Below, piece by piece: positions 1 to 8,775 of a stretch of DNA of 64,000 nucleotides (within the stretch, counting starts at the first letter, position 1; every line of letters starts with the position of its first letter). Under the pieces are notes generated by a model. It did not search any database. It was not told the DNA's origin and was given only the letters and a program-made list of their open reading frames with translations. Source of the stretch: an uncultured Rikenellaceae bacterium (GTDB lineage: Bacteria > Bacteroidota > Bacteroidia > Bacteroidales > VadinHA17); NCBI GenBank assembly GCA_964507015.1, contig CAZDOM010000003.1:1085-65084 (forward strand). The letters run 5' to 3'. The position numbers and the translations under genes were made by a program.

Positions 1-1
1 C

Positions 2-718
2 GGATTGGTAGCTGCCCTATACCTTGGTTCACGCCGTGGTTATCCATACCAGGTGATCCGCCCCAATAACCTTGTGATAACAATGCTGGGAGCAGGACTT
101 CTCTGGGTCGGCTGGTTTGGATTCAATGCAGGAAGTTCAGTATCAAGTGGCCTGAGCACTGCCCAGGCTTTAACAGCAACACAGGTTGCAGCAGCAACAG
201 GTGCATTATCATGGATAATAATTGAAAGCATGCATCAGGGTAAAGCCACAGCACTCGGCTTTGCTTCCGGAATACTTGCAGGTCTTGTAGCAGTTACTCC
301 GGCTGCCGGTGTTGTACAGCCATATGGTGCCATGGTCCTGGGAATAATTGCCTCCTTGCTGTGCTATATGGCAATCCAGGTGAAGAACAAACTTGGATAT
401 GATGACAGCCTCGATGCATTTGGTATCCATGGTGTGGGAGGTATTGCCGGAGCTATTTTCCTGGTATTTTTCATCCGCAAATCCTGGATGGAGGAGGCAG
501 CTGCCCTGTCCGGCGGAACATGGACGGTATGGAGCCAGCTTGGTGTACAGGCCCTTGCTGTTGTAATAGCAATTACATTTGCCGCATTAATGACTTTTAT
601 AATTATCTTCTTACTCGACCGGATTCTTAAATTTAAATCATCAGAAAGTGAAGAGATGGCCGGTCTTGACAGATCATACCATGGTGAAAGAGGATATGGT
701 ATGCTTAACCCGAGTTAA
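2..718 (+). CDS. amtB: Ammonium transporter (Amt family), 5'-truncated by the window edge
   Basis: Contains WVGWFGFNAGS, GLVAVTPAAG and DAFGIHGVGG (second conserved His). The frame is open from the window edge. A PII gene follows. Confidence 0.95.
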   Translation, partial: GLVAALYLGSRRGYPYQVIRPNNLVITMLGAGLLWVGWFGFNAGSSVSSGLSTAQALTATQVAAATGALSWIIIESMHQGKATALGFASGILAGLVAVTPAAGVVQPYGAMVLGIIASLLCYMAIQVKNKLGYDDSLDAFGIHGVGGIAGAIFLVFFIRKSWMEEAAALSGGTWTVWSQLGVQALAVVIAITFAALMTFIIIFLLDRILKFKSSESEEMAGLDRSYHGERGYGMLNPS

Positions 719-739
719 AAACATGCTAAAAAAGAGATC

Positions 740-1087
740 ATGAAACTGATTACAGCAATAATACGTGAAGTGCAGCTCGATAAGGTGCGTGAAGCACTGA
801 TAGCTGCTGAAATAACAAGAATTACTGTCAGCCGTGTCTCGGGACATGGACAGCAGAGAATAGAAGAAATGTACAGGGGTCAGAGGATCATCCCTGATCT
901 TATTCCAAAGATTAAAATTGAAATTGCAGTAAATGATGCATTTGTTGATATAACTGTTGACACATTACTAAAATCAGCTAAAACCAACGGTATTAAGGGA
1001 ACCGTGGGAGATGGAAAGATCTTTATAACACCACTCGAAGAGTGTATAAGGATACGAACAGGTGAAAGAGGCAATTCTGCTATTTAA
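740..1087 (+). CDS. glnK: PII nitrogen regulatory protein (GlnK/GlnB)
   Basis: MKLITAIIR, MYRG, PKIKIEIAV, GDGKIF and RIRTGE motifs; lies directly downstream of amt. Confidence 0.93.
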   Translation: MKLITAIIREVQLDKVREALIAAEITRITVSRVSGHGQQRIEEMYRGQRIIPDLIPKIKIEIAVNDAFVDITVDTLLKSAKTNGIKGTVGDGKIFITPLEECIRIRTGERGNSAI

Positions 1088-1129
1088 CCGGTATATAAAA
1101 TAAAAAGGAGCTTTTTCAAAATCCCCTTA

Positions 1130-1801
1130 TTATTTTTCTGCTTCTTTTTCAGCATCAGAAATCATTTTCTCATTAGCGGTTATCAGGAATTCAACCCTGC
1201 GGTTCCGTGTTCTGCCATCATCGGTAGCATTATCATATTTGGGAGCCATTTCACCATATCCTTTGGTTGTAACCCGCTCTTTGGCAATGCCTTTATCTGC
1301 AAGGTAAGTCGAGACTGAAGCAGCACGTTTTTCTGACAATGTCTGGTTATATGCTTCTGTACCAGTGTCGTCTGTATGTCCCTGAACTTCAATGCTGGTG
1401 TCCTGAAAGGTGTTAAATACAGTAACCAGTTTATCAAGATCTGCTTTTGCTTCCGGAGAGAGATCCGATTTGTTCAGAGCAAACATAACAGAACTGCTAA
1501 GCTCAACAATTATTCCTTCCCCGACTCTTTCAACAATTGCATTTGGAATTTCCTGTTTCAGTTCTTTAGCCTCCTTGTCCATATTACGGCTGATAATTGT
1601 CCCGGCAGAACCACCAATGGTGGCTTCAACAATGGTCCGGAAAGCAGGATTAACAGCAATCTGTTCTGTCGTAATATCAACCTTACCACCGGTAGCTGTT
1701 CCGGAAGGATTTTTTTCCCCTCCCTTGCTGAAAAAGGAACAACTTTCAATAACCAGGGTTGAACTTATAATTAAAATGAATAAAATCTTCAGAAATTTCA
1801 T
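1130..1801 (-). CDS. OmpA-family peptidoglycan-binding lipoprotein (YiaD-like)
   Basis: Lipobox VIESC; C-terminal OmpA-C motifs VQGHTD, NQTLSEKRAASV and NRRVEF. Confidence 0.9.
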   Translation of the reverse strand: MKFLKILFILIISSTLVIESCSFFSKGGEKNPSGTATGGKVDITTEQIAVNPAFRTIVEATIGGSAGTIISRNMDKEAKELKQEIPNAIVERVGEGIIVELSSSVMFALNKSDLSPEAKADLDKLVTVFNTFQDTSIEVQGHTDDTGTEAYNQTLSEKRAASVSTYLADKGIAKERVTTKGYGEMAPKYDNATDDGRTRNRRVEFLITANEKMISDAEKEAEK

Positions 1802-1818
1802 AGATAATAGAATAATAT

Positions 1819-2304
1819 CTAAAAAAGTATTAGTGCCAGTCCTGTAATCAGAATAAAACTTCCGGATATGGTAAGAAAACTACTGACAGGCTTTATTTCT
1901 TCAATTGTATAATCATTTCCTGAAGTACTCCACTGTATGGCCCTGCCATTCTGGAAAGTGATTTTAATATAATCATCTGCTCTCCTGTATATAACTCCGC
2001 CCTCATAAATGTCGGCACTCCTGTTCTTCGATCCGTAGGACGGATTGACATTTACAACTGATATACCGCTGGTTGAAGGAAGTTTAATGCTTATTGGTTT
2101 CCGGCCAAAATCATAGTAACTCCATTCTTCAAAATATCCTTCTGTGGATTTTTCAGCAGGTATCCCGAAATTATTCAGAATTTCGTCATCCGTTTTGTCA
2201 AGGATTGCTAAGTCCATCACCTGTGAATGTGTATATTTCACCTCATAGCATGATGGGAGAAACACCAACAAAACAATCCAGGCTATTAACAGCCTGATTT
2301 TCAT
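1819..2304 (-). CDS. Hypothetical lipoprotein with SmpA/BamE-like motif and C-terminal hydrophobic helix
   Basis: Signal peptide MKIRLLIAWIVLLVFLPSC (start moved to the Met at 2304); FGIP...EEWSY segment; hydrophobic C-terminus. Confidence 0.6.
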   Translation of the reverse strand: MKIRLLIAWIVLLVFLPSCYEVKYTHSQVMDLAILDKTDDEILNNFGIPAEKSTEGYFEEWSYYDFGRKPISIKLPSTSGISVVNVNPSYGSKNRSADIYEGGVIYRRADDYIKITFQNGRAIQWSTSGNDYTIEEIKPVSSFLTISGSFILITGLALILF

Positions 2305-2554
2305 TACATTATGTAATAAAATGGCAGGGTCCAATATATTTGAATAAAACCTGATACAATATTAATAACATTAGAGATAGAATTTGAATAATATTGTTGA
2401 TAATTTATAAATCTTCAAATCCTTTTCTATTTCTTCAACTTATCAACTTCTTTCAACTTTTATCTTTTTCCTCCCCTGCAGGCTGTCTCCTTCGCTAAAT
2501 TTGCTCACCGGGCAAATTTTTTACGCTCGTCCCTGTATTTTATCTTTAATTTCC

Positions 2555-2562
2555 TATATTTG
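2555..2562 (+). promoter_or_regulatory. Bacteroidota sigma-A -7 element upstream of comM
   Basis: TATATTTG matches TAnnTTTG and ends 36 nt before the ATG. Confidence 0.55.
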
Positions 2563-2598
2563 ATATGTGTTTCCTTAAGTGCTACTAAATAAAAGATA

Positions 2599-4137
2599 AT
2601 GTTAGTAAGAACATTTGCCAGTTCTGTTAACGGAATTGATGCTGTAACAGTTACTATTGAAGTAAATGTGTCAAGAGGTATTCGTTTTTTCCTGGTTGGA
2701 CTTCCGGATATTGCTGTTAAAGAGAGCCAGCAAAGAATAGAGTCGGCCCTGCGTTCAATAGGTTTTCGCTGGCCCGGCAAACAGGTGGTTATTAATATGG
2801 CACCTGCTGATATCCGGAAAGAGGGGTCATCTTATGATCTTCCTCTTGCCATGGGAATCCTGGCAGCTGATGAAAAGGTGATAAATGATGACATTGAATC
2901 TTATCTGATGACGGGAGAACTTTCCCTTGATGGTACACTTCAACCTGTAAAAGGAGTTTTGCCAATAACATTAAGAGCGAGGGAAGAGGGATTTAAGGGT
3001 GTTATTGTCCCAATGAAAAATGCCAGGGAAGCTGCTGTAGTAAGTGACCTGGATGTATATGGAATGGATAAACTTAGCGATGTTGTGGATTTCTTTAATG
3101 GTACACGTCAATTTGAAACTGTAAAGGTTGATCTTCTTGAGATATTTTCAGAGGAGGCTAACAAGTATGAATATGATTTTTCTGATGTGAAGGGACAGGA
3201 AAATGTTAAAAGAGCACTTGAAGTTGCTGCTGCAGGTCATCATAACCTGATTATGATCGGGCCTCCGGGTTCAGGGAAGACCATGCTTGCAAAAAGACTC
3301 TCCACGATAATGCCTCCACTGACGCTCGAGGAGGCTCTGGAAACTACAAAAATCCATTCTGTGGCAGGTAAGATTGATAGCAATACTGCATTAATGACTA
3401 AGAGACCCTTCAGGTCACCACACCATACAATTTCCGATGTTGCTCTCGTTGGCGGAGGTACCTTCCCGCAACCCGGAGAGATATCCCTTGGTCATAACGG
3501 TGTCCTGTTTCTCGATGAACTGCCAGAATTCAAACGCTCTGTCCTTGAAGTCATGAGACAACCTCTTGAAGACAGAGTCATAACGATTTCAAGAGCAAAA
3601 TCAACTGTCGATTATCCTGCAAGTTTTATGCTCGTGGCAAGTATGAATCCCTGTCCCTGTGGTTTTCATAACCACCCTGAAAAAGAGTGTGTTTGTTCCC
3701 CGGGTATGGTACAGAAATACCTGAACAGGATCTCCGGCCCCCTCCTTGACAGAATAGATATTCACATAGAAGTAGTGCCGGTTAATTATGAAAAGCTTTC
3801 AGATTCAGGGAACATTGAAAAATCATCAGATGTACGTGAAAGGGTTGTGCGGGCAAGAGAGATACAGACAAAACGGTTTAAATCAGTAAAAGGTATCTAT
3901 TCAAATGCACAGATGACTTCATCAATGCAGAGGAAATACTGCCAGCTGGATGAAGGTAGTGGCCGGCTTTTGAAAACAGCAATGGAACTAAGAGGACTCT
4001 CTGCACGGGCTTATGACAGAATACTTAAAGTAGCAAGAACCATTGCCGATCTTGCTGATTCCGGGAATATTACAACCGAGCATATCTCCGAAGCAATAAA
4101 TTATCGAAACTTAGACAGAGAAGGATGGGCCGGATGA
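2599..4137 (+). CDS. comM: YifB/ComM Mg-chelatase-like AAA+ ATPase
   Basis: N-terminal Lon-like domain (KEGSSYDLPLA), Walker A GPPGSGKT, FRSPHHTIS, LFLDELPEF, CPCG and ISGPLLDRID; gene is intact. Confidence 0.95.
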   Translation: MLVRTFASSVNGIDAVTVTIEVNVSRGIRFFLVGLPDIAVKESQQRIESALRSIGFRWPGKQVVINMAPADIRKEGSSYDLPLAMGILAADEKVINDDIESYLMTGELSLDGTLQPVKGVLPITLRAREEGFKGVIVPMKNAREAAVVSDLDVYGMDKLSDVVDFFNGTRQFETVKVDLLEIFSEEANKYEYDFSDVKGQENVKRALEVAAAGHHNLIMIGPPGSGKTMLAKRLSTIMPPLTLEEALETTKIHSVAGKIDSNTALMTKRPFRSPHHTISDVALVGGGTFPQPGEISLGHNGVLFLDELPEFKRSVLEVMRQPLEDRVITISRAKSTVDYPASFMLVASMNPCPCGFHNHPEKECVCSPGMVQKYLNRISGPLLDRIDIHIEVVPVNYEKLSDSGNIEKSSDVRERVVRAREIQTKRFKSVKGIYSNAQMTSSMQRKYCQLDEGSGRLLKTAMELRGLSARAYDRILKVARTIADLADSGNITTEHISEAINYRNLDREGWAG

Positions 4138-4170
4138 CAGTTTTAAGATTTTTAACCACAAAGTTGAGAG

Positions 4171-5478
4171 TCAATTTATTTTTATACTGTTAATAGTCTT
4201 CTGAATCTCTTCCCTGCGGTTTTTAAGATCTGTTATAATATGTTTACCGGTTATGGATTTAATACCATATCTCAATGTACCGAGCCGTTCCCGGAAGATC
4301 TCCCGGTAATACAATACCAGATACCCGAGCAGCGGGACCAGCAAGCCGAGGAGAAACCCTGTCAGGCCTGCAAAAACAGCCGCAAGAATAATAATAAGCG
4401 GGAAATAGATAAGATACAATACAGTTCCGGAACTTACATATACCGAGCTGTAAAAACGCAGATCCTTAATTAACCTGTCGCATATTGACTTTGGTACAAG
4501 GAAGGGGATCAGGTTGCTGATATACCCTGCAAGGAAAACCGGAAAACCCGCAATGACAGCAAAATATCTCAATAGACCCCAGTCGAGCTTTCTTGCAAAA
4601 TTTTCATCTTTCAGCCCTGCAGCTTTAAGCTTATCAATGTAAGTGCGGACTTTTGTATTCAGTGATTCAAGTTGCTCCGGCGATGCTTTTGAAAGATAAT
4701 TAATCTTGTCGGCAACTCTTTTTTCCATAATTCTTCTGTCGTCATTATCAAAACGCCATCGAAAAAAGGGCAGGATCATATTATTTCTTCCCATTTTAAG
4801 AAGCTGTTCTGCTATCCAGTCATTTTCAGGATTCTCAATTATTATTACCTCTTCCCGCAACCCTTCTTCACATTTATTGTTAAAGGCAAGCAATGCCTTT
4901 GCAGGATGTTCTTTATACACATCTGTAAATTCTTTGATGCTGAAAGAATCGTGGAAGTTGATCATGACCTCCCTTCGAAACCGTGCAGGGTATGTATAAT
5001 TTATACCCACCGGAACTATATTTACATCCAGTCCGAACTTCTCCTCAGCCCCGAAAGCAAGACGGGCTGTCCCTTTTCTAAGCTTCTGAAGCCGTTTCTC
5101 CTGTACACATAATCCTTCGGAGAACATTATGAAATTTCCATTTTTTTGCAGGATATCATATATACCGGTGAATGTTTCAAGATTTTTATGCACGTTCTCA
5201 AATCCCTCTTCAATCCTGTATACAGGAGCGACATTCAGTTCCCGCAGACAGAACCTGGCTATTTTTTTCCTGAACATATCTGCCCGCATGGTGAAATGTA
5301 TCGGCTGTGGCAGATATGACCCAATAAGTATACCGTCCATGAATGAATTCTGGTGATTGCCGACAAAAAGCAAAGGTTTCTCAAGAGGTACTTTTTTCAG
5401 GTTTGAATAAAATATACGTCTGAAAAATACCCTGAAGGTAAACGGAGGCAGAATATATTTTAAAAACCTGGAAAACAT
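4171..5478 (-). CDS. 1-acyl-sn-glycerol-3-phosphate acyltransferase family protein (PlsC-like, with C-terminal TM segments)
   Basis: NHQNSFMD (HX4D), FSEG and VPVGINY motifs. Confidence 0.88.
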   Translation of the reverse strand: MFSRFLKYILPPFTFRVFFRRIFYSNLKKVPLEKPLLFVGNHQNSFMDGILIGSYLPQPIHFTMRADMFRKKIARFCLRELNVAPVYRIEEGFENVHKNLETFTGIYDILQKNGNFIMFSEGLCVQEKRLQKLRKGTARLAFGAEEKFGLDVNIVPVGINYTYPARFRREVMINFHDSFSIKEFTDVYKEHPAKALLAFNNKCEEGLREEVIIIENPENDWIAEQLLKMGRNNMILPFFRWRFDNDDRRIMEKRVADKINYLSKASPEQLESLNTKVRTYIDKLKAAGLKDENFARKLDWGLLRYFAVIAGFPVFLAGYISNLIPFLVPKSICDRLIKDLRFYSSVYVSSGTVLYLIYFPLIIILAAVFAGLTGFLLGLLVPLLGYLVLYYREIFRERLGTLRYGIKSITGKHIITDLKNRREEIQKTINSIKIN

Positions 5479-5709
5479 ATAAATATGATTATTTATACCA
5501 ATTTTATTATGCAGGCAAGGTATGAATAAAACCGGTTAAGTTCATGGGTATTAAATCTTATTCTTCATTTGTATTTTCATCTCAGGTTATTAAATCTTGC
5601 TAAATAAACACTCATTCTAATGAGTTTTGTTGTTACAATTTCTTATTTTGCAGAGTCATCTTTTTTTTTCTAACTTTGATATTCCTTTAATTTACTGGTT
5701 CTTCTTTTA

Positions 5710-6825
5710 ATGGAACTCACAAAAAAACTCAGGGATAAAATGATGAAGGAACGCCTCATGTTTGTATACAGAGGCGTTGTTACACGTGATAATTCTGTTC
5801 CGCTGCTCATGTTACTTGAGAAGGAGATGGAAAATTCAGAATTCGGGTTTATCGGGAGGAAAAGACTTTTTATGTTTGTTCTTGAAAGCCTGCAGAATGT
5901 TTCAAGACATAGTGATGGAAGTCAGCATGCAAGAATGTCGCTTGTCATCTATTCAAAGGTAGCTGATGGATATACTGTTACAACTGCGAATGTAATTTCA
6001 AGCTCCAATATTGAGGAGCTTAAAAAGAGACTGGATGAAATAAACAAACTTGAAACAAATGAAATAAGATCAGTCTACAGGCAGATGCTAAGCAATTCCG
6101 AATTCAGCAACAAGGGGGGAGCCGGATTGGGACTTATCGAAATGGCAAAAAAAACAGGGAATAAGCTTGATTATGATTTCGTTCCGCTCGATGATATAAA
6201 TTCATATTTTATACTGAGCAAAACTGTTGATTCTGAGGGCGTTGGAATCCATTTCGGTGAGGAAGAAAGACCTTTCCGGGGAAAAGCTGTTGCACAGCTT
6301 GAAAGAATAATGGAATCAAATAATATTTACCTGATATGGTCGGGGCATCTTACACATGAAGTAGGAAAAGAGGTAATATCGTTTACGGAAGCTCAGCTTA
6401 ATACGGATGATGTAAAGTCAAACCTCCGGAAACGGGTCTTCAGTATATTGGTTGAGATTCTTGAGAATGTAGCAAAATATAGTCCGGGTGTCGAACCGGA
6501 AGATAAATTTGGTATGCCAATCGCTATGATAAGGATGAAGGGCAAGACATATTATCTGACAACCGGAAATCTTATTCCCAATTCAGAAGTCGCTGACCTG
6601 AAAGATAAAATTGATACCGTTAATAAATATGATAAGCAGGGATTGAAAGAATTCTACAAGAGATCACTTTCAGACCAGACATCGGGTGTAAACAGTACCG
6701 GTAATATGGGGCTTATTGATATGGCCAGGAAATCAGGAAAGAAGCTTGAGTATGAGTTTGAAAAGGTCAATGACCTTTATTCCTATTTTATTCTTACAGT
6801 AAAGGTTGAAGATAAGGACGTCTAG
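5710..6825 (+). CDS. Tandem two-domain SiaB-like (GHKL-type) protein kinase
   Basis: Two roughly 180 aa homologous halves. Each has an N-box (LESLQNVSRHS; VEILENVAKYS), a G-box (GGAGLGLIEMAKK; STGNMGLIDMARK) and an end motif (KLDYDF..YFIL; KLEYEF..YFIL). Confidence 0.78.
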   Translation: MELTKKLRDKMMKERLMFVYRGVVTRDNSVPLLMLLEKEMENSEFGFIGRKRLFMFVLESLQNVSRHSDGSQHARMSLVIYSKVADGYTVTTANVISSSNIEELKKRLDEINKLETNEIRSVYRQMLSNSEFSNKGGAGLGLIEMAKKTGNKLDYDFVPLDDINSYFILSKTVDSEGVGIHFGEEERPFRGKAVAQLERIMESNNIYLIWSGHLTHEVGKEVISFTEAQLNTDDVKSNLRKRVFSILVEILENVAKYSPGVEPEDKFGMPIAMIRMKGKTYYLTTGNLIPNSEVADLKDKIDTVNKYDKQGLKEFYKRSLSDQTSGVNSTGNMGLIDMARKSGKKLEYEFEKVNDLYSYFILTVKVEDKDV

Positions 6826-7574
6826 GATAATGTCTTAAGAACAAGATTGTTACCATTCCATACAGCATAACTGCTGTGAGTAATCCAGTCTCCCAGAAAT
6901 ACTATTTCAGATCCGGTATTCATTTTATGGGTCATTGCAAGATGGCGGTGTCCAAAAATGAAAAAATCTATCTCTTCCGTCTTACAGACATTACAGGCAT
7001 ATCTTATAAGATCCTCTTTTTCTTCACCCAAAAAATCTGTGGTGATCCCTTTGCCCAGCCTTGAACTTAATGACCAACGGTGTCCGAATCCCATACCCAG
7101 AGAAGGGTGAAGAGCTGAATATAGCACCCTGAGAGGTTTGTTATGGAATATCTTTAAAAGTACCTTAAGCCCGATGTTCTGTGAACCAAGGCCTTCACCA
7201 TGAGCAAGGTGAAATCTCTTACCGTTAAATGTTGCTGTCAGAGGATCTGTATGCAGCTTCATACCACACTCTTTGGAAAGGTAATCCCTGATCCACATAT
7301 CATGATTTCCTGTAAAAAAATGTACCTGTATTCCCGAATCAGTAATAGATGATATTGTACCAAGGAAACGTGTAAATCCGCGTGGTACAACAAGTTTATA
7401 CTCCCACCAGAAATCAAAAACATCTCCTAAAAGGAATATTTCCTTAGCCTGGGGTGCTATATCATTAAGCCACGCAACAACTTTCTTCTCACGCTCAATG
7501 GGCGGTGTACCTGTTTTTAAACCAAGGTGAAAATCGGATGCGAAGAATATTTTCCCGGTATCAGCCACGATCAA
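6822..7574 (-). CDS. lpxH: UDP-2,3-diacylglucosamine hydrolase (LpxH-type metallophosphoesterase)
   Basis: Metallophosphoesterase motifs SDFHLG, GDVFDFW, GNHD, HGE and FGHRH. Confidence 0.88.
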   Translation of the reverse strand: MIVADTGKIFFASDFHLGLKTGTPPIEREKKVVAWLNDIAPQAKEIFLLGDVFDFWWEYKLVVPRGFTRFLGTISSITDSGIQVHFFTGNHDMWIRDYLSKECGMKLHTDPLTATFNGKRFHLAHGEGLGSQNIGLKVLLKIFHNKPLRVLYSALHPSLGMGFGHRWSLSSRLGKGITTDFLGEEKEDLIRYACNVCKTEEIDFFIFGHRHLAMTHKMNTGSEIVFLGDWITHSSYAVWNGNNLVLKTLS

Positions 7575-7576
7575 AG

Positions 7577-8734
7577 TTATTGATTGAAAATCTGTTTAAG
7601 TTTTATTTGAAGATTTCTGCCATGAAGGTTCGATGCAATAATATTTCCTTCAGGATCGTAAAGATAGTTGGCAGGAAGACTTTTTACATTATAAAGCATT
7701 GCATTTCTTGGATTTGAAGGATCATCTTCCCTTGTATTTATCCATGGGAGTTCATCAAACCTGACTGCTTTTTTCCATGCCTCTTCATCTTTATCAAGAT
7801 TAATCTGATAAATCACAAAACCCAGGCGGTTGTATCTTCTGTAAAACTCTTTAAGCTGAAGATTATCTGCGATGCAATCTCTGGACTGAGCAGACCAGAA
7901 AGATAGAAGAACATATTTTCCCTTGAGCGATGAAAGAGCAATTCTCTTTCCGTTTATATCAAGCAGATCCGGATTGAGATGAACTTCCGGCATTGAATTT
8001 GCCGTCATCTGTAGCTTCCTTGAGGTAAACAGGTTCATCTCTTTTTCAAAATTGCTTATCAGGGCTTTTGTGTGTTTTGAATTCGGGTAATGATATCTGA
8101 GAGAATCCGATACAATTTTCAGGTACTGCAGATCCCTTGTATCATAAAGAACATAAGTCTCATTGTCGATCTGCTGATAAAGTGCTTTAATAGCCGAAAG
8201 AGAGGTTAAGTTTTCCAGAATAAATGCGATATTGAATTTCCTCTGCTCTTTTACAAGATCAAGATAGGCCTTTTCAATGAGAGGGCTCTTAGTTTCAAAT
8301 TCCGGTTCGCCTGATGCCTTTTCGTAAAGTGTACTCAGTGAATCCAGTTTTCTTTTCGTATCCAGCAACTTTAAATCAAGAACCTGCATCTGTTCTGAAC
8401 CTTTGGATCCGGTCACAGTGTAGTCTTCGTAAAGATTTTTGCTACTGAATGCGATGTTTATTCTTTCACCCGGTTCAGCAAGCAGATTGGCAAAATTTAC
8501 ATTGGAATGGCCCACCTGGTAAAAATCAGGTTCTATGGCGTCGATTTTGAAAATGAAATTACCCTTTCTGTTTATTTTTGAAGAGTCAAGGAGTACAGGT
8601 ATATTAATATCTACCTTGCTGAGATACATATAATCCTGAGTTTTATTTTTTACTGAACCTTCAATAATGATATAATTCTTTTTACATCCGGAAAAAACCA
8701 GCAACAGGATGGACAGTATTATGTATTTTTTCAT
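7577..8734 (-). CDS. DUF4369 + TlpA-like thioredoxin-fold lipoprotein with degenerate active site (SRDC)
   Basis: Lipobox FSGC; C-terminal TlpA fold (LSSLKGKYVLLSFW, YNVKSLPANYLYDPEG); CxxC replaced by SxxC. Confidence 0.82.
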   Translation of the reverse strand: MKKYIILSILLLVFSGCKKNYIIIEGSVKNKTQDYMYLSKVDINIPVLLDSSKINRKGNFIFKIDAIEPDFYQVGHSNVNFANLLAEPGERINIAFSSKNLYEDYTVTGSKGSEQMQVLDLKLLDTKRKLDSLSTLYEKASGEPEFETKSPLIEKAYLDLVKEQRKFNIAFILENLTSLSAIKALYQQIDNETYVLYDTRDLQYLKIVSDSLRYHYPNSKHTKALISNFEKEMNLFTSRKLQMTANSMPEVHLNPDLLDINGKRIALSSLKGKYVLLSFWSAQSRDCIADNLQLKEFYRRYNRLGFVIYQINLDKDEEAWKKAVRFDELPWINTREDDPSNPRNAMLYNVKSLPANYLYDPEGNIIASNLHGRNLQIKLKQIFNQ

Positions 8735-8775
8735 TTATAAATTTATTGTAAGATCATAAAATATTAAATCAAGAC

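Noticed and set aside
2431-2460. TCAACTT repeats as a mini-CRISPR or iteron array
   Set aside because: Only three 7-mers with 1-3 nt between them. They are too short, lack spacers and lie in a low-complexity tract.
2599-4137. comM as an integration hotspot, and comM + comF as a competence island
   Set aside because: comM is intact with no adjacent integrase or att-like repeat. comM and comF are 22 kb apart, widely conserved, and no uptake genes are present.
7874-7885. Possible selenocysteine (UxxC) in the degenerate TlpA
   Set aside because: The codon is TCC (Ser), not TGA, and the frame is open.
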